Below, piece after piece: positions 39,264 through 50,346 of a DNA stretch of 64,000 bases. Every line of letters starts with the position of its first letter. Position 1 is the first letter of the stretch. This DNA is from Malacoraja senta (lineage: Eukaryota): positions 13,208,001 through 13,272,000 of the forward strand of contig CM075990.1 of assembly GCA_038087875.1 (NCBI GenBank), written 5' to 3'. The notes beneath the pieces were generated by a model, which was not told the origin of the DNA, ran no database searches, and saw only the letters and a program-made list of their open reading frames with translations. The position numbers and the translations under genes were made by a program.

Positions 39264-39455
39264 CAGCAAGCTGGTAGAATGGTCAAATGTATACGGGCAG
39301 CAAGCTTGGTAGAATGGTCAAATGTATAAGGGCAGCAAGCTTGGTAGAATGGTCAAATGTAAAAGGGCAGCAAGCTTGGTAGAATGGTCAAATGTATAAG
39401 GGCAGCAAGCTTGGTAGAATGGTCAAATGTATAAGGGCCGCAAGCTTGGTAGAAT
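39264..39455 (+). repeat. 35-bp minisatellite, ~5.5 copies
   Basis: Unit CAGCAAGCTTGGTAGAATGGTCAAATGTATAAGGG at 39264, 39298, 39333, 39368, 39403, 39438. Confidence 0.95.
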
Positions 39456-39574
39456 TACCGAATGGTCTGGAATAAGGGTTTGTTCATTCCAGACAGATGA
39501 GGAATTTTCTCTGAGGATTATGAATCTTTGGCCTTTTTCTACCCCAGTGAGCTGTGGAGGCTGAAATGCGAAAT

Positions 39575-39884
39575 GGCGGCACGGTGGAGCAGCGGTAGAG
39601 TTGTTGCCTTACAGCGCTTTCAGCGCCAAAGTCTCTGGTTCGATCCCGACTACGGGTGCTGTCTGTATGGAGTTTGTACGTTCTCCCCGTGACCGCGTGG
39701 GTTTTCTCTGAGATCTTCGGTTTCCTCCTGCACTCCAAAGGTGTACAGGTTTGTAGGTTATTTGGCTTGGTATAAATCATCCCTAGAGTGTGTAGGATAG
39801 TGTTAATGTGCGAGGATGGCTGACCGGTGCGGACTCGGTGGGCCGAAGGGCCTGTTTCCGTGCTGTATCTCTAAACTAAACTAA
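39575..39884 (+). mobile_element. HE1-type V-SINE, full length, inserted in an old CR1 fragment
   Basis: A/B boxes, V-domain, (CTAAA)n tail. Confidence 0.9.
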
Positions 39885-41324
39885 ATGCATTAAAAGTGGA
39901 GATTGACAGACAGTAAACTGCAGGAATCTGGGGTTTGTGAGGAAATTAGAAAGAAATGTGATATTGATATTAGCGTAAGATTGTGGCTAATTGAATCAAA
40001 TGGAGGAGCTGATTGCCCCCTCCTGTTTCTCTTGCTCTCAAGTATCTTTAGTTTAACTTCCTGTGGATAAGGAATTTCTTACGTTTACTGATCAGAGAGG
40101 GTCTTTGTTGGACGTATTTCACGAGTGATATCTAACATGTTCTTTCCTCACTTTCTCAACTTCTGATGTTTGCTGAATGGGCAAACTATTACAGGAGTTA
40201 AAAGAAAGCATGCTGAATTATGATTAGCTTTTTTGGTAATTAATGTGAAGTGTGATATGCGGTATCAAATCCCAGCCTGTAAATTGGGTTTAAAATTACA
40301 CACGGACTGTTTATAGTCCTGCCGCAGGAAGCCACTTTCTTCTCTTCTTCTCTCTGTGGATCTTGCTTTGCTTCCATCGTGTCCGTTGTCAATGTGCACT
40401 GCAGTAGAATCCCTTGCTTTCCCGCACTGTCAGGGTGATCCGACTTTTGCTTTGCACGCTGGAGTGCTCCTGATTCACTGCACGTACCTCCGGCAAATTG
40501 CTGCACTCAGCCGGTTGCTGAGAGTGAGTGAGGAGGCTGTCCTACGCATCCCTTATCAGTGGATCCTGCCTCTCCAGGAAGCAGGGATTCCGAGGTGGTG
40601 CTTTTCCCCCCACTCAGCATTCAGCAGCAGTACTGAGCATGAAGTAATGTAAGGAATAGCCAGCATCAATGGGCATTCGCGCCCCAGTCACGTTACTATG
40701 GCAATGTTCTGAAGGCTACTGACAGACCCATAGCTGCAATCTGCAGTATTGATTAAGCAGCTATGCATATTGGAGGAGATAGTTTCAATTAAGTCGTCTC
40801 TTGGCATGCGATCCTCCGTGCATTATTAAGCAATAAGTTCTTTATTTCTCCTTCCCGTTTGAATTCAACCCAATTAAGAGCTACGACAGGATGCCTGCAC
40901 TATTTGAAAACTGTTTTACAGATGTCTCTGAGGTGTGTTTCAAGTGAATTATAAGCCATATGTCCCCTGAGTTTCAGTGTCTCTGTTTAACTCGCCACAG
41001 GCAAAGACCGGGACATTTCGGATTGAGAAGAAAATAAATGCCTTGGCTCAGATAAATGTTGTCAATCCTCTGAATTGCATCTCATCCCTACAGGGCCATG
41101 GAGCATTTTGTCATGAAAGCTAAGAACAAGGTTGGGGAAAGTTGATTTTGCACAGGTTCAGCTCTGATTGTTTTTGTGTCACAGCAGGCATGAGGGACTA
41201 CATGTCGACTCCCTCGACTATTTCTTCTGCTCTTAAATGGCAGGGCACGTCTCACACAATGCAGCTATGCTCGCCTCATTCAATGTGCTTGATATTTGCT
41301 CCCCAGTTCAATAGCTTTGGAGAA

Positions 41325-41860
41325 TAGTGGTGCCTCGGTCAAAGTACCCGACCGGTAATCCTGAGGCTTGGACCAACATTTCAGGAACCACAGTTCACAT
41401 CGCAACGTGGCAATTGAGGAACTTAAATTAAAAGCAATAACAAACCAGTCTTTAAGTGAAACCATGAAAAGACCATGAAACCATTGGATTATCTTAACCT
41501 GGTTCACTAATGAAGGTAACATTAACTGAATCTGAATTTAACGTAACTGAATATGTGTCTGAAGAAGGGTCCTGACCCGAAACATCACCTATTCCATCTC
41601 TCCAGAGATGCTGTCTGGCCTGCTGAGTTACTCCAGCACTTTGTGTCTATCTTTGGTAAAAAAACAGCACCTGCAGTTCCTTTCTACACACCATAACCTT
41701 AACCCAGTCTGAAGAAGGGTCTCGACCCGAAATGTCACCCATTCCTTCTATCCAGAGATACTGCCTGTCCCGCTGAGTTACTCCAGCATTTTGTGTCTAT
41801 TCCCAGTCTGATTATGTGCCTCTATGCACACGGGAACCTGGTTGGTTCTTAACAACAACC
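41325..41860 (+). mobile_element. Old tRNA-SINE-like repeat interrupted by two Penelope pieces (minus-strand relatives ~4575-4760, 4880-5180, 48170-48260)
   Basis: Diverged shared motifs (GACCATGAAAC...CTGGTTCACTAATG; GGTGGGRTTTRAACTC). Confidence 0.45.
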
Positions 41861-41929
41861 CACTCTAAAGTATAAAAACCAGGTGATGCCCAGAGGTGCT
41901 TTCCTGTTTGAAAATGTGAGATGCTGTGT

Positions 41930-42670
41930 AGTGCCCCGCAAGGCTCGTTCACACCCCTCTACTCTGCACCCTATACGCTCACGTCTGTGCTGTCAAATTC
42001 AGCTCTAAAGGGCCTGTCCCACTGTACGAGCTAATTCAAGAGTTCTCCCGAGTTTCCCCTGATTCGAACTTGGAGAATTACGGTAATAGCCGCTCGTAGG
42101 TACTCGGGGCTCTCGTGGACATTTTTCAACATGTTGAAAAATCTTCACGAGCTTACCGCGTTTCCCGAGTACCTGCCGTTAGCGTAACGAGCCACTAAGA
42201 GACGTCCCGAGCTCCGACGTACCCGCTACGTACATTCTACGTGCTTACCACGAGTTTGATTTTTTTTAAACTCTGGAGAGCTCTTGAATTACCTCGTACA
42301 GTGGGACAGGCCCTTTACAAGTTTGCAGAAGACACCACTGTCATGGGCCCGATCTTAATTGATACTTTATTGTGACGTGTACTTTGTGCAGTGAGATTCA
42401 AGTATGCAAGAGCGCCGACAAAGGTCGTCCCCCCCCCTCCCTGGCCCGCGACCCCCCTCCCTGGCCCACATCTCGGCCCGGTCCTGGTTGAGGGCAGAGA
42501 TGTGGGCCGAGGGCCGGGCCCATACCAGCGTGGTTGAACAATTATGAGACAGAGTACAGGAAAGAGATAGCGAGCTTAGCACGCCACTGCCTCGACTTCC
42601 ACAGAGAACTAGGCAAATCTGGCATGACTCCAGCGACTATTAACAATTTCTACAGAGGCACCATGGAAAG
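41930..42670 (+). mobile_element. Degraded Rex RT remnant with nested insertions
   Basis: PQG..., KFAEDTTVMG, ETEYRKEI and NFYRGTME remnants. Confidence 0.55.
42009..42314. mobile_element. MITE subfamily A (PIF/Harbinger-like)
   Basis: Near-perfect TIRs; flanks TAA / TTA; inserted in a Rex RT remnant. Confidence 0.9.
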
Positions 42671-43183
42671 AATGACATCACATGGCGCACAAGTTTTTCA
42701 CTATCTCAGCACACTTTACAATAATAAACCAATACGTAAGTGGCGCATGACCACTTGCTATATTTTCTCCATACTTGACCTGACCCAGAGATGCTTGCAG
42801 AAAATGGGAGGAGAGAAGCATTGCTACTGTTGCATCAACTGCATGAACACATGCGGCAAATCATTGCTGACCTGGAGTATATTGTAGTTGGCGTTGCCAC
42901 GGTGTGTGCCGATGTGCTTCCCTTTTAAACAATCTTTAACATCAAACAGAAAGGAATCATTAGAGACGAGCCATTTTTCATTTTTGACATTTGTTATAAA
43001 AAACCATGAAGTGGAAAAGATTGATTGATTGATGCCCAGAACTGTTCATTTCATTGCGATTAGGTTTCTGCCTCGATGATCCAGCATTACTTTGAACAGG
43101 TTTAACCATCGTTTGGCCAAGATTTGTAAGCAGGAGAGTGAAGATGCAGCGGGTGATAATCCTGTGAGCTCTTCCTCCACTAT

Positions 43184-43402
43184 TGTATGGAGTTTGTACG
43201 TTTTCCCCGTGACCGCGTGGGTTTTCTCCGAGATCTTCAGTTTCTTCCCACACTCCAAAGACGTACAGGTTTGTAGGTTAATTGGCTTGGTAAATGTAAA
43301 AATTGTCCCCATTGGGTGTTAATGTGCGGGGATCGCTGGTCGGCGCGGACCCGGTGGGCCGAAGGGCCTGTTTCCGTGCTGTGTATCTAAACTAAATTAA
43401 AC
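43184..43402 (+). mobile_element. HE1-type V-SINE, 5'-truncated (partial copy also at 34658-34790)
   Basis: V-domain to tail. Confidence 0.85.
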
Positions 43403-44605
43403 TATTCAAGGGAGACAAAATAGAGATTACTTTTATAATCAACAGAGAAAATGCTTCTGACAGAAGACTTTCTCGTGCAAGTTTTCTGGTGGACGTCCAG
43501 AAATGCTTTATTGTTAATGAATTATTTCTGCAACATGCTTTTTGTTGTAATGAAGACATTTTGTCCATACCAAGCTCCCACAATCACAGTGAATGGTTGA
43601 TGATAGAACTGTTGCAGCATCTCAAGCCAAACAACCCATTGATGCTGGATTCTGATAGAGCAATCCCATCTCCAGAGTTACTCCAGCATTTTGCGCCTAT
43701 CTTCGGTGTCAACCAGCATCTGCAGTTCCTTCCCACACAGTTGTTTTTACGTCCCCTCCAGGACCTTTACTTTCTTCCTGAAGTGTGGTGAACAGAACGG
43801 TCCCACTTGTGGTAAGGCACTCTCCCACTTTAGGCAAGGCACCGTTTTTTTGTTGTTGTACAGTTTCATCTTAACTTCCATGGTACACTTTATGTTTCTA
43901 TATATTTAGCCCAGAATTTGTTTGGGATGATGGTTGAGGAATAACTTTAGAAGGACCATGCGAAAGTGACTTTGCTTTAGAAAAAAAAATGGGAGAGGGG
44001 AAGGCTGAGTTTGAGGTGGCCATGTGGAGGAATTACAGGAGAAGTAGAGGAAGGCAAGCAGCTGGCAAGAGTTTATGGAATGAGGTGTATTGTGACCAGA
44101 GACGTGTAGGTTGCACTGGGTTGGTGTTTGTTGAGTTAAGGGCGAGGCTGTGGATTGATTTTTAAATTTATCACAGATACTCATTCCACTGAAGTTTTGT
44201 GCAACTGAGCACAGTCCTGAATAATGTTATGTTATGAAATTAGAACCAAGATCTTTCGCATCTCTGGGGAATATGACTGTGCATCAGCGAGCAATCACGA
44301 AGAGATTTGCAATGCGAGTTATGTCGAGGTTTAACGTCAATTTTCGTAGAGTGGTTTTCCATCGCACTGTTAACCATGAAGTAAAAAGTAGCTCAAGAAA
44401 TCGAGGCTCGCGGTGAATTAATCCACCAGATTCAAAAAGGGTCGTTCAATTGTGGAGGTGAGTATCCCAGAGTTCATTCCACATTCAGCTGATGGAAAAG
44501 TGAGCCAAGGTTATGGAATGTCGCTTAGAATAAGATTGATTCTGGCTTAGGAACGGTGCCAAAAGATTGTAAAAAAAGGACAGATTGCTGGTTCTGGCTG
44601 AGTAA

Positions 44606-44789
44606 AGGTCCTGTCCCACTTGGGTGTCATTTGCGCGTCACGCAGATGGCGCGCGAAGATTTTGTACATCTCAAAATCCTGAGGCACCGCGCGTCACTAC
44701 CTACATCACCACGCACCATGCACGCGTCGTGATGCGTAAATGATGTCGCATAAATGACGCGCAAATGACGCCCAAGTGGGACCGGCCCT
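44606..44789. mobile_element. MITE subfamily E
   Basis: TIR AGGTCCTGTCCCACTTGGGTGTCATTTGCGCGTCA; TAA / TAA TSD. Confidence 0.85.
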
Positions 44790-45911
44790 TAAGGCTCAAA
44801 TTTTGCTTTGGTGTCGAATGCTTCTGCGTGACGACCAAAACAAAAGTGTCGCTGGGATAGTGTGAGAGATGACCAGTCACGAGCCACCAATGGTCTTCAT
44901 CTACGAGCCTGTCTCTCACTAGTTTGAAGTTGCAACAAGTTCAGTACACGGGGCATCAGTTAGTGGCAGCATTGCTGGCTAATTAGTCTTTCAGGCACAT
45001 TATCGCAATGTCATTTCTACAACGTCTCATAGGTCTACCACTCTCACCACTCAAGACATTTTGTATTAGATGAAAGTCTTGTGCAATAATTCCCTTCTGC
45101 AGCCCCTAATGCAAATAAACCCCCAGGTCTTATCTCGCTATTTAAATACAAATTGTCTTGTAAAAATGTAATTAAAAAAACATGAAAAGCAACTTCTCCT
45201 GAGCACAGCACAGTATAATGTGAGGGCATTAGATTGTAATAAATATTGTATTGTCTGCACGCTTGCAATGAAATTAGCCTAAAAATGTAGCTGGGGTATA
45301 CATAGAATTCCACATCCTCAATGTTCCTTATCACTGTACCTGTGACAATAAAAGACCTTGAACGAACCTTTTAAGAAAATTGGATGCCTTGGAGGCATGG
45401 ACATGGTCATTTTGAGAAGCATTGCACCCAACTTTCACACGGCAGAATTACATTAAGCAGCAAATGATTCTAAGGAACAGGGAACCTAAGGTCATAAGGG
45501 GTAGGAGCAGAATTAGGCCATTCGGCCCATCAAGTCTACTCGGCCATTCAATCATGGCTGATCTATCTCTCCCTCCTGCCCCTGTTCTCCCGTCTTCTCC
45601 CCATAAACTCTGACCCCCGTACTAATCAAATCGATGTAATCACAAGAACTGCAGGTGCTGGTTGAAATCGTAGGCACAAAATGCTGGAGTAACTCAGCGG
45701 GACAGGCAGCGTCTCTGAGAGGAGGAATGGGTTATGTTTCGGGTCGAGACCATATGTTGATGGTTGAGGGTGGAATGATGACCAAGACACTGGGAAAACG
45801 TTTGTTACCGAAAAACCACCTGTATCCTCAACTGAAAAATACTGGATTGTCAATTAAACAAACATTTGAATCACTGAAACTCATAAAGAAGGAAATCAGC
45901 AATATTTAACT

Positions 45912-46134
45912 GTTTAAGAAAGAACTGCAGATGCTGGAAAATCGAAGGTACACAAATATGCTGGAGAAACTCAGCGGGTGCAGCAGCATCTATGGAGCGA
46001 AGGAAATAGGCAACGTTTCGGGCCAAAACCCTTCTTCAGACTGGTGAAGGGTTTCGGCCCGAAACATTGCCTATTTCCTTCGCTCCATAGATGCTGCTGC
46101 ACCTGCTGAGTTTCTCCAGCATTTTTGTGTACCA
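45912..46134. mobile_element. Penelope pLTR palindromic fragment
   Basis: 14-bp TSD AGCAATATTTAACT. Confidence 0.85.
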
Positions 46135-46204
46135 AGCAATATTTAACTAGTGTGACTTTCATGTGACCTCAGACACAGACCAAATGGTTGACTGTTAACT
46201 GTTT

Positions 46205-46605
46205 TTATAGGAGTTTGGTTAGGCCACATTAGGAGTGTGACAATCTGGTCACCCCATTGCAGGTAGGACGTGGAGCCTTCAAGACTGTGCAGAAGAGGTT
46301 TACCAGAATGCTGCCTGGATTAGAGAGGACATGGGTTTAAGGTAGCAGGGGAAAGATTTAATAGGAATCTCGGGGGTAACTTGTTCGCGCAAAGGGTAGT
46401 GAGTGTATGGAACGAGCTGCTAGAGGAGGTAGTTAAGGCAGGGACTATTGCAACGTTTAAGAAACAATTAGACAGGTACATGGATAGGACAGATTTAGAG
46501 GGATATGGGCCAAACGCAGGCAAGTGGGACTAGTGTGGATGGGACTTGTTGGTCAGCGGGGGCAAGTTGGGCCGAAGGGCCTGTTTCCACGTTATATGAC
46601 TCTGT
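46205..46605 (+). mobile_element. CR1 (HER1-like) 3' fragment; inverted relative at 47497-47832
   Basis: Tail GGCCGAAGGGCCTGTTTCCAC...TATGACTCT. Confidence 0.75.
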
Positions 46606-48417
46606 AAGTTATCCCTAGAGGCAGGAAACGTGTTCCCGGTGTTGGGGGAGTCCAGAACCAAGGGCCACAGTTTAAGAATAAGATGTAGGCCATTTTGAAC
46701 GGAGAGTTGTGAATCTGTGGAATCTGTGGAATTCTGTGCCTCAGAAGGCAGTGGTGGCCAATTCTCTGGATGCTTTCAAGAGAGAGTTGGATAGAGCTCT
46801 TAAAGATAGCAGAGTCAAGGGATATGGGGAGAAGGCAGGAATGGGGTACCGATTGTGGATGATCAGCCATGATCACAGTGAATGGCGGTGCCCCTATTGT
46901 CTATAGAACTGGACAAATTCCCTAGATAGTTATATTAGAGGAGTATTGTGTACTAACTTGTGTGACAAACATCCACTAAGAGGTGTGCGAAGGAGTTCCA
47001 TGTAAGATGGCATTCGGAGAGCCTCGGTGCAGTAGTCCGGTGATGAAGTGGTTAATGTGAGTGCTTCTTCCACTGTTTCAATTCCCATATGGTGTATGTG
47101 ATGAAGCAGGTTGCTTGGGGGAAGTCACCCACCTTATGTGTTGCAAGCTGTGTGGCACATGTGTCCTGTACTTGTCACTTGCGGTGTTTAAATCTGCAGT
47201 GTGATGTAGTGAAGCTTAATGACTATATTCTGGATGTAATACTGCCAATACACTAGCTTGAAAATCTTTCTTTAATTTTGCACCTGTTTACAAATGGTGT
47301 TGTGTATTTTGTGGTTATGTTAATTTTAATTTAAATCAATTTAAATCCAAGAACCCTTTTTTTGCTTAAGTCCACCCTCCGCCACCTGCAGTTTAAATTC
47401 CATTTGGAATATTTTGGAGGACCAAGAATTCAGAAAATAATCCCAACCTGTTCTGAGAAAATACAGAATGCACTACAGAGTTATCAGTTGCCATCGAGTC
47501 ATAGAGTGATAAAGAGTGGAAACAGGCCCTTCGGCCCAACTTGCCCACACCGCCCAGCTACACTAGTCCCATCTGCCTGCGTTTGGTCCGTATCCCTCCA
47601 AACCTGTCCTATATCCATGTGTCTGTAGGAAGGAGCTGCAGATGCTGACTTAAATCGAAGATCGACACAAAATGCTGGAGTAACTCAGCGGGACGGGCAG
47701 CATCTCGGGAGGGATTCCTTCTCTCCAGAGATGCTGCCTGTCCCGTTGAGTTACTCCAGCATTGTGTGTCTATCCATGTACCTGTCCAACTGTGTCTAAA
47801 ATGTTGGGATAGTCCCAGCCTCAACTACCTCCTTCCTCTACCAGCTTGTCTTCTACTAAAAGTTGCTTTTGAAAATATATATATTTTTTAAGCAATGGTT
47901 TGCTTCCAAGGAGAGTTTGGTGCAAGTCTTGGTGGATTAGTCTCATTGGAACACCACATGGTAACTTGACTGTAAATGTCTTGGACCTCAGCAACAGATT
48001 GCCTCCCTAAGGAGTTTACAGTCAACTAAGTGCTGGGACAATTGGACTGCATTTAACATTCACATGTCTCCCCTGTTGGAGGATCGTGTACCAGAAGAGT
48101 TTTTATGCCAATTCAGTTGTTCATAGACACTAATAATGCCCAACCTTTTTTCCTGATTACTATTCAATGTTTTTGAATTTTAATACCTCAGCAGCTGTGG
48201 TGGGATTTAAACTCGTGCATCTGGATCAATGATCCAGAACACTAACCAGAAAGCGCTCTTTGTGTGTTTCATGAAAGGCACTGCCACATCTAAATGGTCC
48301 AAAAAATAAACTACTGCAGATGCTGGGAGTCTGAAAATGTCAACTATGCTGGAGAGGTTTTCTGGTGGAAATACAGTGACAGTGGTGAAAAATGTCAACG
48401 TACTGGCCCAGTAGATA

Positions 48418-48710
48418 GATGGCCCAGCGGTAGAGTTTGCTGCCTTCCAGCACCGGAGACCGCTAATCGATTCCCGATTATGGGTGCTGTGTGTATGGAG
48501 TTTGTACATTCTCCCCGTGACCTGCGTGAGTTTCTCCGGGTGTTCTGGCATCTCCCACGCGTACAGGTTTGTAGGCTAATTGGCTTGGTGAAATTGTAAA
48601 TGGTCCTTTGTGTGAGCAGGATAGTGTTAATGTGCAGGGATAGCTGGTCGGCGCGGAGTCCGGTGGGCCGAAGGGGCTGTTTCCGCACTGTATCTCTAAA
48701 CTGAACTGAA
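48418..48710 (+). mobile_element. HE1-type V-SINE
   Basis: Diverged consensus match. Confidence 0.8.
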
Positions 48711-48734
48711 CATGCCAATATCACACATTCTTCG

Positions 48735-49414
48735 TTTCTTGCACAAAACTTCATGGATTTTGGTGTGATATATTTGATATATTTACTAGTTTATTTAAGA
48801 TAAAAATGGAACCTAATATGGAAATGATTATCTTCGGAGTAATAGGAGATGGAAACAAATTAAATATATCCCAAATTTCAATTTTTAATTATGGTTTAAA
48901 ACAGCAAAAAAACTCATACTTAAATTTTGGAAAAATGCTACTATACCAACACTCAAAATGTGGATTGGTAATATGTTGGAAACTGCCCACTTGGAAGAAA
49001 TGAGACTCCTCCTAATAGATAAACAAGACCAATTCTTAACGAGTTGGTCTCCATCTTATTGACCTTGTGGATCATGTGGTGCAATAGTATTGTAAAATTA
49101 AAAAATTCTGGGTTTGGGCGAAAAATGATTAAGAATATAAAAATACATCAACTTGTGGCGAGGGAGAATCTCCTTTCTGCTTCACTTTCTTACTTATTTC
49201 TTTTCTTTACCTCACACTCACTAGACTTTTCTTTACTCTTCACTACTTTTCTTTCTCATTTCTTTCTTTCTAAAAAAAAAAGAAATGAAGTTGTACATAA
49301 AATGTTTTAATAATTCTGGGAACCTGTAAAAAGGTACCATCAAAATGTAATGTACTTCTAATAAATAAAATATATATTTTTTTTAATTAAAAAAAACAAA
49401 AAAAAAACAAAAAA
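48735..49414 (+). mobile_element. L1-clade LINE 3' end
   Basis: FWCDIFDIFTSLF...IIFG.../AKKLILKFWKNATIPTLKMWI...FLTSWSP; T-rich UTR, AATAAA, A-rich tail. Confidence 0.75.
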
Positions 49415-49547
49415 CGGAACTGAACAAAACCTCAGCAGGTGTCTTGGCATCTGTGAAAGCTGCGAGAGCAAAATAAGCTCACTGTTTCCAAAGGGACTTG
49501 GGGTAGTGGTCTGGTTTCACTTGCCTTCCTGATGCACTGGAAGTGAA

Positions 49548-49803
49548 GTTTAGTTTAGTTTAGTGATACAGCGCGGAAAAAGGCCCTTCAGCTCACCGAG
49601 TCCGCGCCAACAGCGATCCCCGCACACTAACTACCCTACACACACTAGGGACAATTTTTACACCAAGCCAATCAACCTGCACGTCTTTGGAGTGTGGGAG
49701 GAAACCGAAGATCTCGGAAAAAAACCCACACTGGTCACCCGTAGTCGGGATCGAACCCGGGTATCCGGCGCTTTAAGCTCCATAAGACAGTAACTCTACC
49801 GCT
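49548..49803 (-). mobile_element. HE1-type V-SINE with internal deletion
   Basis: (TTTAG)n tail and B box; part of the V-domain is missing. Confidence 0.8.
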
Positions 49804-50110
49804 GAAACATGGGCCGCCCGGAAGTGAAGATGACTGTGGGTGTCAAGCAATCTGCTGGAGGAACTCAGCAGGTTGAGCAGTATCTGTGTGGATGGGATGG
49901 GGAGGCGGTAAGGAATTGATCTAATGTAAGTTGCTGACTCGCACCGCTGGGAAATCCTCTCCCCCAACCTTACCCACAGATGTTGCTTGACACACTGAAT
50001 TCCTCCAGCAGATATTGTTCCCCCCGATTCGAGCCTCTGTCATCTCTTGTGTCCATTTGACTATGAGCAGGTTTCCATTCGGTCGTCATCGACCAGCCTT
50101 TCTGCCCTCT

Positions 50111-50346
50111 GTGTAGGAAGGAACTGCAGATGCTGGTTTTAAACCGAAGATAGACACAAAATGCTGGAGTAACTCAGCGGGACAGGCAGCATCTCTGGAG
50201 AGAAGGAACGGGTGACGTTTCGGGTCGAGACCCATCTTCAGACTTGGATCCATCAGACTGAAGACGGGACTCGATCTGAAACGTCACCCATGCCTTCTCT
50301 CCAGAGATGCTGTCTGTCCCGCTGAATTACTCCAGCATTTTGTGTA
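50111..50346. mobile_element. Penelope pLTR palindrome, representative of ~35 further copies (e.g. 11748, 20173, 20781, 28437, 31681, 32240, 34430, 36502, 41557, 41705, 47624, 53085, 55208, 55823, 57255, 60810, 61723, 62291, 63045)
   Basis: Shared GGAACTGCAGATGCTGG...ACACAAAATGCTGGAGTAACTCAGCGGG...GACGTTTCGGGTCGAGACCCTTCTTCAGAC module in both orientations. Confidence 0.8.

Noticed and set aside
39264..39455. CRISPR-like array
   Set aside because: Contiguous tandem units, no unique spacers, no cas genes, eukaryotic context.
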